Virus record (IMG/VR): IMGVR_UViG_3300036715_000153
Coordinates: 76,395 to 140,394 of that record
Direction: 5' to 3' (one strand)
DNA from: a virus
DNA: 64,000 nt
Under the pieces are notes generated by a model, which worked only from the letters and a program-made list of their open reading frames with translations, was not told the origin of the DNA and ran no database searches. Numbering within the stretch: the first letter of the stretch is position 1; every line of letters starts with the position of its first letter. Of the stretch, positions 22,272 to 32,015 are shown in pieces. The translations under genes were made by a program, and so were the position numbers.

Positions 22272-23977
22272 CAAAAGAAAATCAATACAAAGTTTATAAA
22301 GACATTCGTACTCAACATCAGGCAGCTGGTATGATGCCGATGCACTATACTACGGCTGCTGTGCAGATGTTCTGGCAGAAGTATCTATACGAGGCATCGA
22401 GTGTTAAAGAACAGTTTGAGCGTATTGCAAAAACAGCAGCTAAACATTTACCTGAAGATATACAAAGTAAAGCATACACAAAGTTCTTTGATATGTTATG
22501 GAATGGTTGGTTGAGTCCATCTACGCCTGTTCTAGCTAATATGGGTACTACTCGTGGACTTCCTGTGTCCTGCGCAGGTGGAGCAATTCGGGATAGCATT
22601 CACGGTTTTTATTCACATCAACTCGAAACTGCTGTACTGACTAAACATGGGTTCGGTACATCTGGTTATATGGGCGATATTCGTCCACGTGGCAGTAAGA
22701 TCGGTGTAGGTGGTACAGCATCTGGTGTAATTCCTGTATTCACTACACTTGTTCAAACAATGCGCAATGTTGCTCAGGGTACAGCAAGACGCGGTGCGTG
22801 GGCCGGCTATCTACCAATTGATCATGGTGACTTTGATGAGCTATGCGATTATGTTCAAGCTAATCCAGATGATGCTAACGTTGGCTGGGTAATCTACGAT
22901 GAATATATTGCAAAGTTAGAAGCCCAAGACCCAGAAGCAGTTCGTAGATTCAAAAAAGCTATGAAGATGAAGATGGTTACAGGTAAAGGATACTTCTTCT
23001 TCCATGGTAACGTGAATCGTCAAAGTCCACAGATGTATAAAGACTTAGGTTTAACAGTTAAGGCGTCTAACCTCTGTGCAGAAATCGATCTCTTCTCCGG
23101 TGAATATAAAGGCGAAGATCATACATTCACGTGCGTTCTGTCATCATTGAATGTGGCTAAGTATGACGAATGGAAAGATACGGATACAATATTCTGGGCT
23201 ACGGTATTTCTCGATTGCGTTGCATCAGAGTTTATTGAACGCGGAAAGAATATTAAAGGTATCGAATCTGCTATTCGTGCGACTGAAAAAGGTCGTGCAC
23301 TAGGTTTAGGTGTTTGTGGGTTCCATACGTACTTACAGTCAAAGATGATTCCGTTCGAATCATTAGATGCTCAGTTCTTCAACACAAGACTATTCAAAAA
23401 TATCAAAGACGAAAGTACACGTGCATCTGGATGGTTAGCGGAATTACTAGGTGAACCAGAATGGTGTAAAGGTTATGGTGTTCGTAATACACATCGTATT
23501 GCTGTTGCACCGACAAAATCGAGTGCTATCTTCATGGGCAACGTATCCGAAGGTATTAATCCAGATCCAGCAATGACGATGACTCAGCTAACTGCTGCGG
23601 GTGAAATTGAGAAGATCAATAGTGAACTGGTCAAGTTAATGAAGTTGAAGGAAGTATATTCCAAAAAGAATATTCAAGAAGTTATTGATGCTGACGGATC
23701 AGTTCAGGGAGTTGATTGGCTAACACCAGAAGAGAAAGAAGTATTCAAGACCGCATTCGAGATTAATCCTGAGGTGATTATACGTCTGGGTAGCCAACGT
23801 CAAGTATTCATTGACCAAGGCCAAAGTTTGAATTTATTTTTCGATGCAAACGAAGATGCCGCCTGGATTGCTCATATCCACCGCCTAGCATTCTTGGATA
23901 AGAACCTAAAGAGTTTATATTACATCTATTCTAAAGCCGGTGTAAAGGGATCTAAGGACTGCGTAGCATGTTCGTGA
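22268..23977 (+). CDS. nrdA: Ribonucleotide reductase class I alpha subunit (no ATP cone)
   Basis: SPSTPVL, PVSC, QG.ARRG, SNLCAEI, APT.SS, IDQGQSLNL, KSLYY, C-terminal CVAC. Confidence 0.95.
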   Translation: MTKENQYKVYKDIRTQHQAAGMMPMHYTTAAVQMFWQKYLYEASSVKEQFERIAKTAAKHLPEDIQSKAYTKFFDMLWNGWLSPSTPVLANMGTTRGLPVSCAGGAIRDSIHGFYSHQLETAVLTKHGFGTSGYMGDIRPRGSKIGVGGTASGVIPVFTTLVQTMRNVAQGTARRGAWAGYLPIDHGDFDELCDYVQANPDDANVGWVIYDEYIAKLEAQDPEAVRRFKKAMKMKMVTGKGYFFFHGNVNRQSPQMYKDLGLTVKASNLCAEIDLFSGEYKGEDHTFTCVLSSLNVAKYDEWKDTDTIFWATVFLDCVASEFIERGKNIKGIESAIRATEKGRALGLGVCGFHTYLQSKMIPFESLDAQFFNTRLFKNIKDESTRASGWLAELLGEPEWCKGYGVRNTHRIAVAPTKSSAIFMGNVSEGINPDPAMTMTQLTAAGEIEKINSELVKLMKLKEVYSKKNIQEVIDADGSVQGVDWLTPEEKEVFKTAFEINPEVIIRLGSQRQVFIDQGQSLNLFFDANEDAAWIAHIHRLAFLDKNLKSLYYIYSKAGVKGSKDCVACS

Positions 23978-24060
23978 TCGACATTATTTCAAAGTTTGCG
24001 TTAATTGCTTTGGCAGTTATCGCCGACGTTGTGTTAATCGCGAATGCGATACATCACTGG

Positions 24061-24089
24061 TAGACAAACCAGTATATGTGTTGTATAAT
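24061..24089 (+). promoter_or_regulatory. Sigma70-type promoter upstream of gp33
   Basis: TAGACA-17 bp-TATAAT. Confidence 0.65.
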
Positions 24090-24095
24090 ATACTT

Positions 24096-24133
24096 AGTAA
24101 CAGCTAAAGACTGTTACTTTTTATGCACCTGTT
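24096..24133 (-). mobile_element. Solo left-end hairpin of the same IS family
   Basis: Reverse complement AACAGGTGCATAAAAAGTAACAGTCTTTAGCTGTTACT is nearly identical to 1552-1585. Confidence 0.75.
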
Positions 24134-24157
24134 ATTAAACAATAAGACGCGACCAAT

Positions 24158-24406
24158 ATGACCGAAGACACCCAATTTGTATTAGAGCCTGAAGACTTTT
24201 CCCTACAAATAGAACTATACTTAAAGAAGAACCGTTGCGACGGTTACGTATCTGCAATTCTTAAATACTGTACCGAATACTGTATAGACATCGAAGATGT
24301 TGTTACGTTGATCCCGCCCACGCTTAAGGCAAAGTTAGCAGAAGAGGCTAATGAGTACGGTGTTCTGATTAAAGATTTATCTATCCCTATGATGAGGATC
24401 GAATAG
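24158..24406 (+). CDS. gp33: Late-transcription coactivator
   Basis: FS.QIE, Y..AIL.YC....IDIEDV..LI...LK.KL..EA; position in the 33-59-32 block. Confidence 0.75.
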   Translation: MTEDTQFVLEPEDFSLQIELYLKKNRCDGYVSAILKYCTEYCIDIEDVVTLIPPTLKAKLAEEANEYGVLIKDLSIPMMRIE

Positions 24407-24997
24407 TTGCAAGAAGTTTCGTTAGAAAGAGTCATACAGCTTTTCAACATTATTCGGCTATACTACCAAGGAAAATATGACTGGGTAAAGTATAACGGAC
24501 ACTCCAAGTCTTATCCTAAAATGGATATACAAAAGAACGCAATTGCTCGTAAGTTAATATCTGAGTTTAAAACAGAGGAAGAGATCATACGGCATTTTGC
24601 CATATCTCTATTTTACGACAAGGGCTGTTACTTAGATACGATCGCAAAGCCAGACACGATTAGTCAAAGTAAGGGATATTTAACAGCATTGACAGATGTA
24701 AGTCGATGTGTTAATATTGTAGTTCAGTTAGACATCCCAAGTGTAATTAAAGAGCACGATGGATACGCCGCAGATATACTGTTGGCACTAATTGGTAATA
24801 GGCTAAACCCAGTTGCGTTTGCTTTACTAGAATCCTCGACATCTATGTCGAGACAGTGGACTAATGCTGTATGGGAATTAAACAAACACAAGGTAAATTG
24901 CTTAGTAACGTTAATGCAGATACCGACATCATTTGGTAGTGAGTTTAGACGTGAGTTTAGACAACAACTAAATACAACTGCTAGCATCGTTAAGTAG
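24407..24997 (+). CDS. gp59: Helicase loader-like protein
   Basis: YDWVKYNG motif (T4-like YDxxKYNG); lies between gp33 and gp32. Confidence 0.65.
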   Translation: MQEVSLERVIQLFNIIRLYYQGKYDWVKYNGHSKSYPKMDIQKNAIARKLISEFKTEEEIIRHFAISLFYDKGCYLDTIAKPDTISQSKGYLTALTDVSRCVNIVVQLDIPSVIKEHDGYAADILLALIGNRLNPVAFALLESSTSMSRQWTNAVWELNKHKVNCLVTLMQIPTSFGSEFRREFRQQLNTTASIVK

Positions 24998-25041
24998 ACG
25001 ACTAGCATACAACAGCGCAACATCACATAAAGGAAAACAAA

Positions 25042-25956
25042 ATGATTAATATGTCCGCATTGAAAAAGTCTTCTTCTAAAGACTTACTCGCAAAACTCCA
25101 ATCCAAAGTAGAAACATCAGACACCAAGAAAACGTTTGAAAAAGATACACGCATGTGGCAACCTGCTACAGACTCAGCGGGTAATGGCTCCGCTGTAATT
25201 CGTTTCTTACCAGCAGTAAGCGAAGACGACACTCCGTATGTTAAGTCTTACTCCCATGGCTTCAAGGTAGGTAGTAAGTGGTTCATCGAGAACTGTCCAT
25301 CGACATTAGGTATTAAAGACGGATGCCCAGTATGTTCTGCAAATTCTGAACTATGGAACTCCGGTCTAGAATCTGATAAAAAGATTGCAGGTGAGCGTAA
25401 ACGTAAACTGTCATTCTACTCCAACGTACTCGTTATTAAAGATCCAGCAAATCCCGAAAACGAAGGTCAGGTTCGTATTTATCGTTACGGTCAGAAGATC
25501 TTCGACAAGATTAAAGAAGCAATCAAAGGCGATGAAGATATGGAAGTAGGCGCTATCGATCCGTTTAACTTCTTCGATGGTGCGAACTTTGTTATTAAGA
25601 TTGCTCAAGTTGCCGGGTTCAAGAACTACGATAAGAGTAAGTTTGCATCTAAGACAGAACTGTATGATGGCGATGAAGATAAACTGCGTGCTATTTTAGA
25701 AAAGTTACACGACATCAACTCTTTCGCAGACCCTAAGTTGTTTAAGTCATCAGACGAACTACAGAAGAAGTTTGATCTTGTGCTGGGTGCAAGTACAAGC
25801 AAAGGTTCGATGAGCGTAGCTGATTCATCCGAAGAGTTCGAACAGGTACAAAAGTCTAAACCAGCAACAGAGCGAGCAGCACCTGCTAAACCTGCTGCTG
25901 TTGTAGAAGATGAAGAAGACGATATGGCGTTCTTCAAAGCACTCGCTAACGGTTAA
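25042..25956 (+). CDS. gp32: Single-stranded DNA-binding protein
   Basis: GNGSAVIRFLP, HGF...WFIENC..T, CPVC, YG.KIFDKI, NYDKSKF, acidic C-terminal tail. Confidence 0.97.
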   Translation: MINMSALKKSSSKDLLAKLQSKVETSDTKKTFEKDTRMWQPATDSAGNGSAVIRFLPAVSEDDTPYVKSYSHGFKVGSKWFIENCPSTLGIKDGCPVCSANSELWNSGLESDKKIAGERKRKLSFYSNVLVIKDPANPENEGQVRIYRYGQKIFDKIKEAIKGDEDMEVGAIDPFNFFDGANFVIKIAQVAGFKNYDKSKFASKTELYDGDEDKLRAILEKLHDINSFADPKLFKSSDELQKKFDLVLGASTSKGSMSVADSSEEFEQVQKSKPATERAAPAKPAAVVEDEEDDMAFFKALANG

Positions 25957-25972
25957 TATTAAGGAGACTATA

Positions 25973-26695
25973 ATGGCATTACCCCGTATAGATCTCCCGA
26001 CATATAAGATTACGCTGCCTGTATCAAAGACAGACGTAGTCTTCCGGGCATACACTGCCAGAGAAGAAAAGATATTGTTGATTGCTAAAGAAGCCGGTGA
26101 TGTCGACCAGATTCCTCAGGCAATTAAACAAATTATATCTAACTGTTCTGGCATCGAAGACCCAGATATGTTGTGTGAGGCTGACAGAGATTATATCTTA
26201 GTTCAACTTAGATCGAAAGTAGTAGGAAACATAGAAACGCTGCGATATGTTTGTAAAGCAGACGTAGATGGTGCACCGTGTAACTCTTCGTTAGAGGTCG
26301 ACGTAAACTTAAACGACATTAAGGTACATCAAGAAATTACAAGCGATATCATTCCCCTAACAAAATCGATCGGTGTCAGATTTAAAGTACCGACGTTGAA
26401 GTTAGAGAACTTAATCTCGAGTAAGAACTTTACACATGAGATTGATAAAATTCATGCTAGGATGTACGGGTCTTTAGTATCTATCTATGACGAAAATACA
26501 GTTACCGATGTTCAGGACATTCCGTATCTAGATTTTGAAGATTGGTTGTTAGACTTACCATCGCATCAGTATGAGATGATTACAAAATATTTCGACAACG
26601 TTCCGTATATCTCACATACAGTAGAAACGACATGTAGTAAGTGTAAGACTGTACATAAGTTGACTCTACGCGGAATAGACGATTTTTTTCGCTAA
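25973..26695 (+). CDS. gp26: Baseplate hub assembly protein / tail assembly chaperone (gp26/gp51-like)
   Basis: AAGGAG RBS; MALPRI..PTY..TLP, EEKILL.A, LRSK.VG, C..C...GIDDFF. Confidence 0.85.
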   Translation: MALPRIDLPTYKITLPVSKTDVVFRAYTAREEKILLIAKEAGDVDQIPQAIKQIISNCSGIEDPDMLCEADRDYILVQLRSKVVGNIETLRYVCKADVDGAPCNSSLEVDVNLNDIKVHQEITSDIIPLTKSIGVRFKVPTLKLENLISSKNFTHEIDKIHARMYGSLVSIYDENTVTDVQDIPYLDFEDWLLDLPSHQYEMITKYFDNVPYISHTVETTCSKCKTVHKLTLRGIDDFFR

Positions 26696-26856
26696 TCACT
26701 TCAAGTAGATCATTACTAGAATACTATAAGATTAACTTTCAATTAGGATTCACTCATAGTGCTGATCTAGAATATTTAGATAACTGTTTACCTTTTGAGC
26801 GTGATATGTATGTTAAAATGCTCATTGATAAGATAGAAAAAGAGAATAGCAAGTGA
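26683..26856 (+). CDS. gp51: gp51-like hub assembly segment without its own start codon; probable -1 frameshift extension of the upstream gene
   Basis: SLLEYYKINFQL...H...LEYLDNCLPFERDMYVKML in the -1 frame after GAT TTT TTT; no upstream in-frame ATG, GTG or TTG. Confidence 0.72.
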   Translation, partial: FFSLITSSRSLLEYYKINFQLGFTHSADLEYLDNCLPFERDMYVKMLIDKIEKENSK

Positions 26857-26868
26857 TGAACTAAATTA

Positions 26869-26891
26869 AAGGGACAGCATGTCCCTTTTTT
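26869..26891 (+). terminator. Rho-independent terminator
   Basis: AAGGGACA-GCA-TGTCCCTT followed by a T run. Confidence 0.7.
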
Positions 26892-26905
26892 GTGAGTATA
26901 ATATA

Positions 26906-28783
26906 ATGGCTAAAGACGAAATCAAAACAGCAGAAGAAAAAGCAAAAGCATCCGCTAAAGCTAGGGCCGACGCCAGTAAAAAAGTGGGAGCGATAAGCGG
27001 AGTTAATGCTGGATCGGATTTACTAAACTCGTTTCTTCAAGAACAGATTCGACTGTTAAAGCTAGAAGAAAAGGCTGCAGTTGCCCAAGAAAAGTTAGAC
27101 GCGATATTACTAAAGAATGCTAAAGGAGAAGCATCTGACGAAGAACTCGATGTATTAAAAGAGTCCCATAAAGAACTCAAGAAACTGACACTCGAGATAA
27201 AGAACCAGCGCAAGTACGAAAATACAGATATCGTCGGTGCCGACGACACCGAGGACTTAACTAAAGAGATTACGCGATTAGCGGCATTACAAGAAAAGAC
27301 CCAGAAGAAGTTTCTCGAGGCTACGTTAGCCGGAGATCAGGAGTCGATGGATAAAATTAGCAAACAGATGGAGGCTATCGTAGCCGGACAGAAGTCTGCT
27401 GAGTCTGCCGTATCTGACATCGAGACTAGAAAGAAAGGTGGCGCAAGGGGTTTGATGTCTTATGCAGGTGGCGCCGCAAAAGAGTTTATAGGCAGCAAGA
27501 TAGAAGAACACGCTCCAGTCATAGCAGATCTATGGGATAGATACACTGGAATGAAAAAGAACCAAGCCGTTCAAAGACAAACTGGACAAAAGGTTACTGG
27601 TATCGGTACTGGTATATTAAACAGCATCGATAAAGCAACTGCTGTAGGTGGCGCAGACAGAGGTTTGATATCCGCGATTAAAGGATCTAAGCAGGGCGAA
27701 GACGTATCACTAGATGCAGTCGCAAAAGAAGATAATAAAAACATAGAGAAAATCGCTCATGACATCGGGCTGTTATTAGATGAATCTAAGAAGTCCAATA
27801 AACTAACAGAGGCTCAAGTTGAGTTGGTAGACGACAAGAGAGAAGAGGATGAAGCTAAAGGTAAACTACTTTTAGAAAATAAAACAGAAAAACATGTAGA
27901 GAAGAAGGGACTACCTGCAATAGCGACTGCGCTAACAAAGAAGGACGAGAAGGAATGTCCCAGTATGTTAGAAAGCGTCATTAGTGGAGGAGGTGCGTTG
28001 ATGAAAGTCTTACCTGCGCTGATGAGTGCCGCCATTCCTCTCGCTCTAGGTGCGCTTGCCGCCAGTGGTGGATTTGCTATTAAGAAGCTCTGGGACTTGT
28101 TCACTATGACAGAAGATGATAAGGCGCCGTGGGTTCGAGAACAAAATAAAATGCTCGCAGAAAAGAAAGATGCTTCTGATAAAATTCGAACCGACGAATT
28201 AGCTAAACAAGGTATAGTAGGAGACGAAGCAAAAAATATGCTCCGTACTACAGATTATAGTAAAGTTGCTGCCCAGAGCGCTGCCGTTGATGTGAGCGGT
28301 CCTTCTACTGCGGCGTTTGTCCCTGCTATGTCGACTGCCGAGTTTACGAAACACAATGAAGAATTAAAACAACAGGCACTAGCAGATTATGCAGCTAAAC
28401 AAAACGCTCCCGATGTTGCGAAGACTCCCGCTATTGTACCTGCAGCTAAGACCGAAGAGCCTAAGGGGAGTGTCATAACTAAGGACCAAGATGCAACCCG
28501 TGAAAAATTGGAAGCTACCTTATACAAAGGGGGACTCGAGGTCGACGATAATGAGATGAATAAAAAGTTCTCACAATCATCTAAGGCCCTCGCAGCTGCA
28601 TCAGAAGCAGCCAAATTAAAAGAAAGGGCAGATAAATCGGATACGGGTAGTCCTAATGTAACAGTTCTACCTGCACCAGTTCCGCCTCCAGTGATTATCA
28701 ATAATCAATCTAAGTCATCTAGAAATAGCGACTCGTCTATGACTAGATTAAACAATAGTACACTGGCTGGAGCAGTTTACTAG
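26906..28783 (+). CDS. Tape-measure / baseplate hub protein (gp29-like)
   Basis: Long Ala/Lys/Glu-rich coiled coil with a central hydrophobic stretch and PVIINN near the C-terminus; follows the chaperone genes. Confidence 0.65.
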   Translation: MAKDEIKTAEEKAKASAKARADASKKVGAISGVNAGSDLLNSFLQEQIRLLKLEEKAAVAQEKLDAILLKNAKGEASDEELDVLKESHKELKKLTLEIKNQRKYENTDIVGADDTEDLTKEITRLAALQEKTQKKFLEATLAGDQESMDKISKQMEAIVAGQKSAESAVSDIETRKKGGARGLMSYAGGAAKEFIGSKIEEHAPVIADLWDRYTGMKKNQAVQRQTGQKVTGIGTGILNSIDKATAVGGADRGLISAIKGSKQGEDVSLDAVAKEDNKNIEKIAHDIGLLLDESKKSNKLTEAQVELVDDKREEDEAKGKLLLENKTEKHVEKKGLPAIATALTKKDEKECPSMLESVISGGGALMKVLPALMSAAIPLALGALAASGGFAIKKLWDLFTMTEDDKAPWVREQNKMLAEKKDASDKIRTDELAKQGIVGDEAKNMLRTTDYSKVAAQSAAVDVSGPSTAAFVPAMSTAEFTKHNEELKQQALADYAAKQNAPDVAKTPAIVPAAKTEEPKGSVITKDQDATREKLEATLYKGGLEVDDNEMNKKFSQSSKALAAASEAAKLKERADKSDTGSPNVTVLPAPVPPPVIINNQSKSSRNSDSSMTRLNNSTLAGAVY

Positions 28784-29850
28784 AAACCGAGATACTTTGC
28801 AGCTTTACCGCCGTATTTGCTGTCTTTGATGTCTTTGACAAACTGGTCGATCTTACCCAGCGGTGGCGCTGGCTTTGGAGCTGGTTTAGCCGCGGCTTTG
28901 TACTCACCGTATGTCAATGGCTGTTTAACTCTATCGGCGATCTCAATTGGTATTACGTTTTCGACTGCCATCTGTAGCGTTAATCTATGATACTCGCCTT
29001 GTGCTGCGGTGTTAAGGTCTAAAGACCCTGCAGCCTTAGGGAACGTTCCTTTAAGCAACACACAGTAGACGTCGTTATTAGTTTCGTCTGTTTGGTATAA
29101 GTAAATGTCTGCTGCATAGTCATCGAAGAATCTAGGACTACCTCTTTTAAAGTTATAGATAGAGTTCGCCCATCTATCGAAGAATGCCTTTTCATCCATA
29201 TCACCGAAGCAACGTAGTACCAACGATACTTCGTCTATGTTATATCCTGTTGCTATAGGTGTGTGGTATCCGCCATAATTTGTAGATACTGTATCGAAGC
29301 TAATTCCGGGAAACGCAAAACTCTCGATAGAATATCCTAGCAATGTACTACTAAGATCACCTTGTTCTGTTACCTTCCTCGCCAAACTATGCTTTTCTAC
29401 TATCCAGTCGGCAAGTATGATTGGTGGAGGGACGAACTCAATTCTAAAACGGTTGGTCTTCGATAAACCTTTGTCTTTAATGTACGTTAAGAAACTGCGA
29501 ATGCTGATCTGGGTATCTGCGTTGTACGGCAGATGCTCGAGCTGATACACATCGCCTGTAGGATCTAGCGGAGGATACGTTTCGGCTTGAACGCTAGCCT
29601 TCTTCTTAAGAAACTCTTCGGTCGGGTCTTTAAGTCCAACTAGAACCTGAAAATCTTCGTAGCCGGCCTGACCTTGCTTTACTGTATCGAAAATCTGTCT
29701 GGCGGCTCCTTGTGCGCCGCCCTTTACATCTCCAACCTTTCCCTTAGTTTCACTTAGCGCCCCAGTAAACTTAGATGTCGTATTAGACAGGTTTGCTTTA
29801 GCATCATTAAGCGGTTGCGTAATCTGCTTTGTAAAATCGAACAGTCCCAT
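28780..29850 (-). CDS. Baseplate tail-tube initiator (gp54-like)
   Basis: GL.KTNRF.IEF, FPG, F..W, FDDY..DI..YQ, FPK; tail-tube fold signature. Confidence 0.7.
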   Translation of the reverse strand: MGLFDFTKQITQPLNDAKANLSNTTSKFTGALSETKGKVGDVKGGAQGAARQIFDTVKQGQAGYEDFQVLVGLKDPTEEFLKKKASVQAETYPPLDPTGDVYQLEHLPYNADTQISIRSFLTYIKDKGLSKTNRFRIEFVPPPIILADWIVEKHSLARKVTEQGDLSSTLLGYSIESFAFPGISFDTVSTNYGGYHTPIATGYNIDEVSLVLRCFGDMDEKAFFDRWANSIYNFKRGSPRFFDDYAADIYLYQTDETNNDVYCVLLKGTFPKAAGSLDLNTAAQGEYHRLTLQMAVENVIPIEIADRVKQPLTYGEYKAAAKPAPKPAPPLGKIDQFVKDIKDSKYGGKAAKYLGF

Positions 29851-29852
29851 GA

Positions 29853-30395
29853 TTATTTGTTGTACTTGAATTGAGCAAACGGAAGTGAAATAACCATTTC
29901 GAAAAATGATCTGTGAATGTTTATCGCTGGTGATGCAATGTGGTCGAACAGGTACATCTTAGTAAACGGTGCATAAGCAGTTGCGACTTCCCCTAACACT
30001 GTCTGAATCGCGCGGAGACTGCCCAGTTCTGTTTTAGTAGATTCGCCAGCTTTAAGTAACGCCACTATGATTTTAATTCTATGTGCGGGAGGAATATAGT
30101 GAAGATTAATTCCTTTCCAAGATCTAGCATCGACAGATGTAACTAACACAAGTGGAAACGCATCCCATACAGGCAACGTATCTTTGTGTTTTGCATCGTA
30201 TAGATACGTCACAAGCATCCCAGGCTTAAACTTAGTAATCGCTGTTCCTTCGCGCTTTAATTGCGATAGGGTAGTGTTGCTTATGTTTTTCTTTATATAG
30301 TCAGAGAACCATTTCGCAGACTTGGCGGTACCCATAGGAGTAGTCTTCTTACCCCGAGAATTCCAAGCATTAATTAATTCGGAACTTAACGACAT
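29853..30395 (-). CDS. gp2: DNA end protector protein
   Basis: YDAKHKDTLP.WD.FPLV, GINLHY, LP..QF. Confidence 0.9.
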   Translation of the reverse strand: MSLSSELINAWNSRGKKTTPMGTAKSAKWFSDYIKKNISNTTLSQLKREGTAITKFKPGMLVTYLYDAKHKDTLPVWDAFPLVLVTSVDARSWKGINLHYIPPAHRIKIIVALLKAGESTKTELGSLRAIQTVLGEVATAYAPFTKMYLFDHIASPAINIHRSFFEMVISLPFAQFKYNK

Positions 30396-30862
30396 TATCT
30401 TTTACCTTTACGGGGATACAGATGATGTTCGGTCAACACAACAAACTCATAACCTCTTGCAGCGGCATACGCCGATGCTGCTTCCCACTTACATTGATTC
30501 TTGATATACGTTTCTATCTCTTTTGAATATCGCATCTGAGCCTTTCTATTATTCGTTTTAGGCGGCGTAGGCTTATTAACTTCCTTAGACGGCTTAATCT
30601 CGATTAGCAAAGTCTTAACAGTATTGTCGTTAGATCTGATTTTGACTAAAAAATCTACAAAATACCTATGGTTCTTGTTATCTACTGGAAAATAATATGG
30701 AACGACGATAGTTTCAGATGACCACTCTATTACGTTTTCTCTTGAGTCGCACCACTTACACATGCGCTGCTCCCAGGAAGACCGATATACTATGTCAGAT
30801 GAGTCCCCTATATACTTTTGAGGGTTAACGCATACATATTTTCCTTGCTTATATTTACCCAT
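30395..30862 (-). CDS. gp4: Head completion nuclease
   Basis: NP.KY.GD, YRSSWE, WSSE...VPY, HRYFVDF, EIKP, N..KWEAA. Confidence 0.95.
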   Translation of the reverse strand: MGKYKQGKYVCVNPQKYIGDSSDIVYRSSWEQRMCKWCDSRENVIEWSSETIVVPYYFPVDNKNHRYFVDFLVKIRSNDNTVKTLLIEIKPSKEVNKPTPPKTNNRKAQMRYSKEIETYIKNQCKWEAASAYAAARGYEFVVLTEHHLYPRKGKR

Positions 30863-30908
30863 CTAGCTAACTAAATATAATTATATCGTTAATTTAGTTT
30901 ATAATTTC

Positions 30909-32015
30909 ATGGCAAATCGGCAGACAGATGTGAACGTAGGTAAGGGTTCTAAAGAATCGTACTCCGTGGCCTTTAATAAAGGGGCGATCGGCAAGTTACA
31001 GTTTCCCTCAGATATCGGAACCGACGCGAGACCGAACTTTATTGTTATTTATATAAATGAAGTTTCAGGCACAAAATATTTCTCGTCTATATCTAACAGA
31101 CTTGCAAAGACAGATCAGCCTGCGAGTGGCGGAGCGAATACAGGTGCAAGCTCCTTGCAGACAGGAGGCAAAGTTCCTGAAACATCAACACTAGCAACCG
31201 CGTCGGGAATATATAATAAATCGTTGCTGGAGGGGTTAAAGACGTATGCCGCAGGTAAAGCGGGGGATAACAAGGCATTTAATAGACTGTTGAGTATAAT
31301 TGCACTACCTATGCCGGCTCAGTTTGCTGCGCCTCTAACTACATCTTGGGCAGGAAACGATGCTTCTGCATATACGCTAGCAAAAGCAATGAGTAACCCT
31401 GGGTTCGGCGACGTAGCATCAAAGATAAAGGAATCGCTAGTTAACAAGCAAATGGCTGAAGCAAAGCAAGGTGCTAATTCGAATAGAGTGGTATCAAACC
31501 CGGCAATGGAGTCGTCGTTTCAATCGGTGAGCCCTCGCAGCTATGAAATGACGTGGGAGTTATATCCTAAGAACTTAACTGAGGCTAAAGCTATCTGGGA
31601 TATTATTCAGATACTCAAAGCGTTTGCCTTGCCCTCGATGGCAGCAGGTGGGTCTTTATTGTTGTCACCTGCGATATTTGATTTTGAGTTCCATCATAAA
31701 ACAAGTAGGAACGATTGGTTACCAAAGTCGCTATCTTGTGCGATACAGAACATATCTGTAAACTACATTATGGGTGGAGGATTCTCTGGATTCGACTTAT
31801 CGGGTGGTCAATCTGAATATCTGAATGTTCTCGATAATGCCAAACCACTAAAAGATGGGTCGCCATCAACTGGAATATCTCTAAGCGTATCGTTTACTGA
31901 GATTGAAGTTCTTACTCGCGATAGGTTGGACGTGGGGTCATCAGAAAATGCGAGTGGTCGGGAACCATTTACATTTAACATAGGCGGATATTCATCGAAT
32001 GACGGTACACTATAA
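30909..32015 (+). CDS. gp48: Baseplate tail-tube cap
   Basis: L.FP.D, IALPMP, NP.ME..F.....R, P...EA..I..II, L...FTE.E.LTR. Confidence 0.8.
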   Translation: MANRQTDVNVGKGSKESYSVAFNKGAIGKLQFPSDIGTDARPNFIVIYINEVSGTKYFSSISNRLAKTDQPASGGANTGASSLQTGGKVPETSTLATASGIYNKSLLEGLKTYAAGKAGDNKAFNRLLSIIALPMPAQFAAPLTTSWAGNDASAYTLAKAMSNPGFGDVASKIKESLVNKQMAEAKQGANSNRVVSNPAMESSFQSVSPRSYEMTWELYPKNLTEAKAIWDIIQILKAFALPSMAAGGSLLLSPAIFDFEFHHKTSRNDWLPKSLSCAIQNISVNYIMGGGFSGFDLSGGQSEYLNVLDNAKPLKDGSPSTGISLSVSFTEIEVLTRDRLDVGSSENASGREPFTFNIGGYSSNDGTL

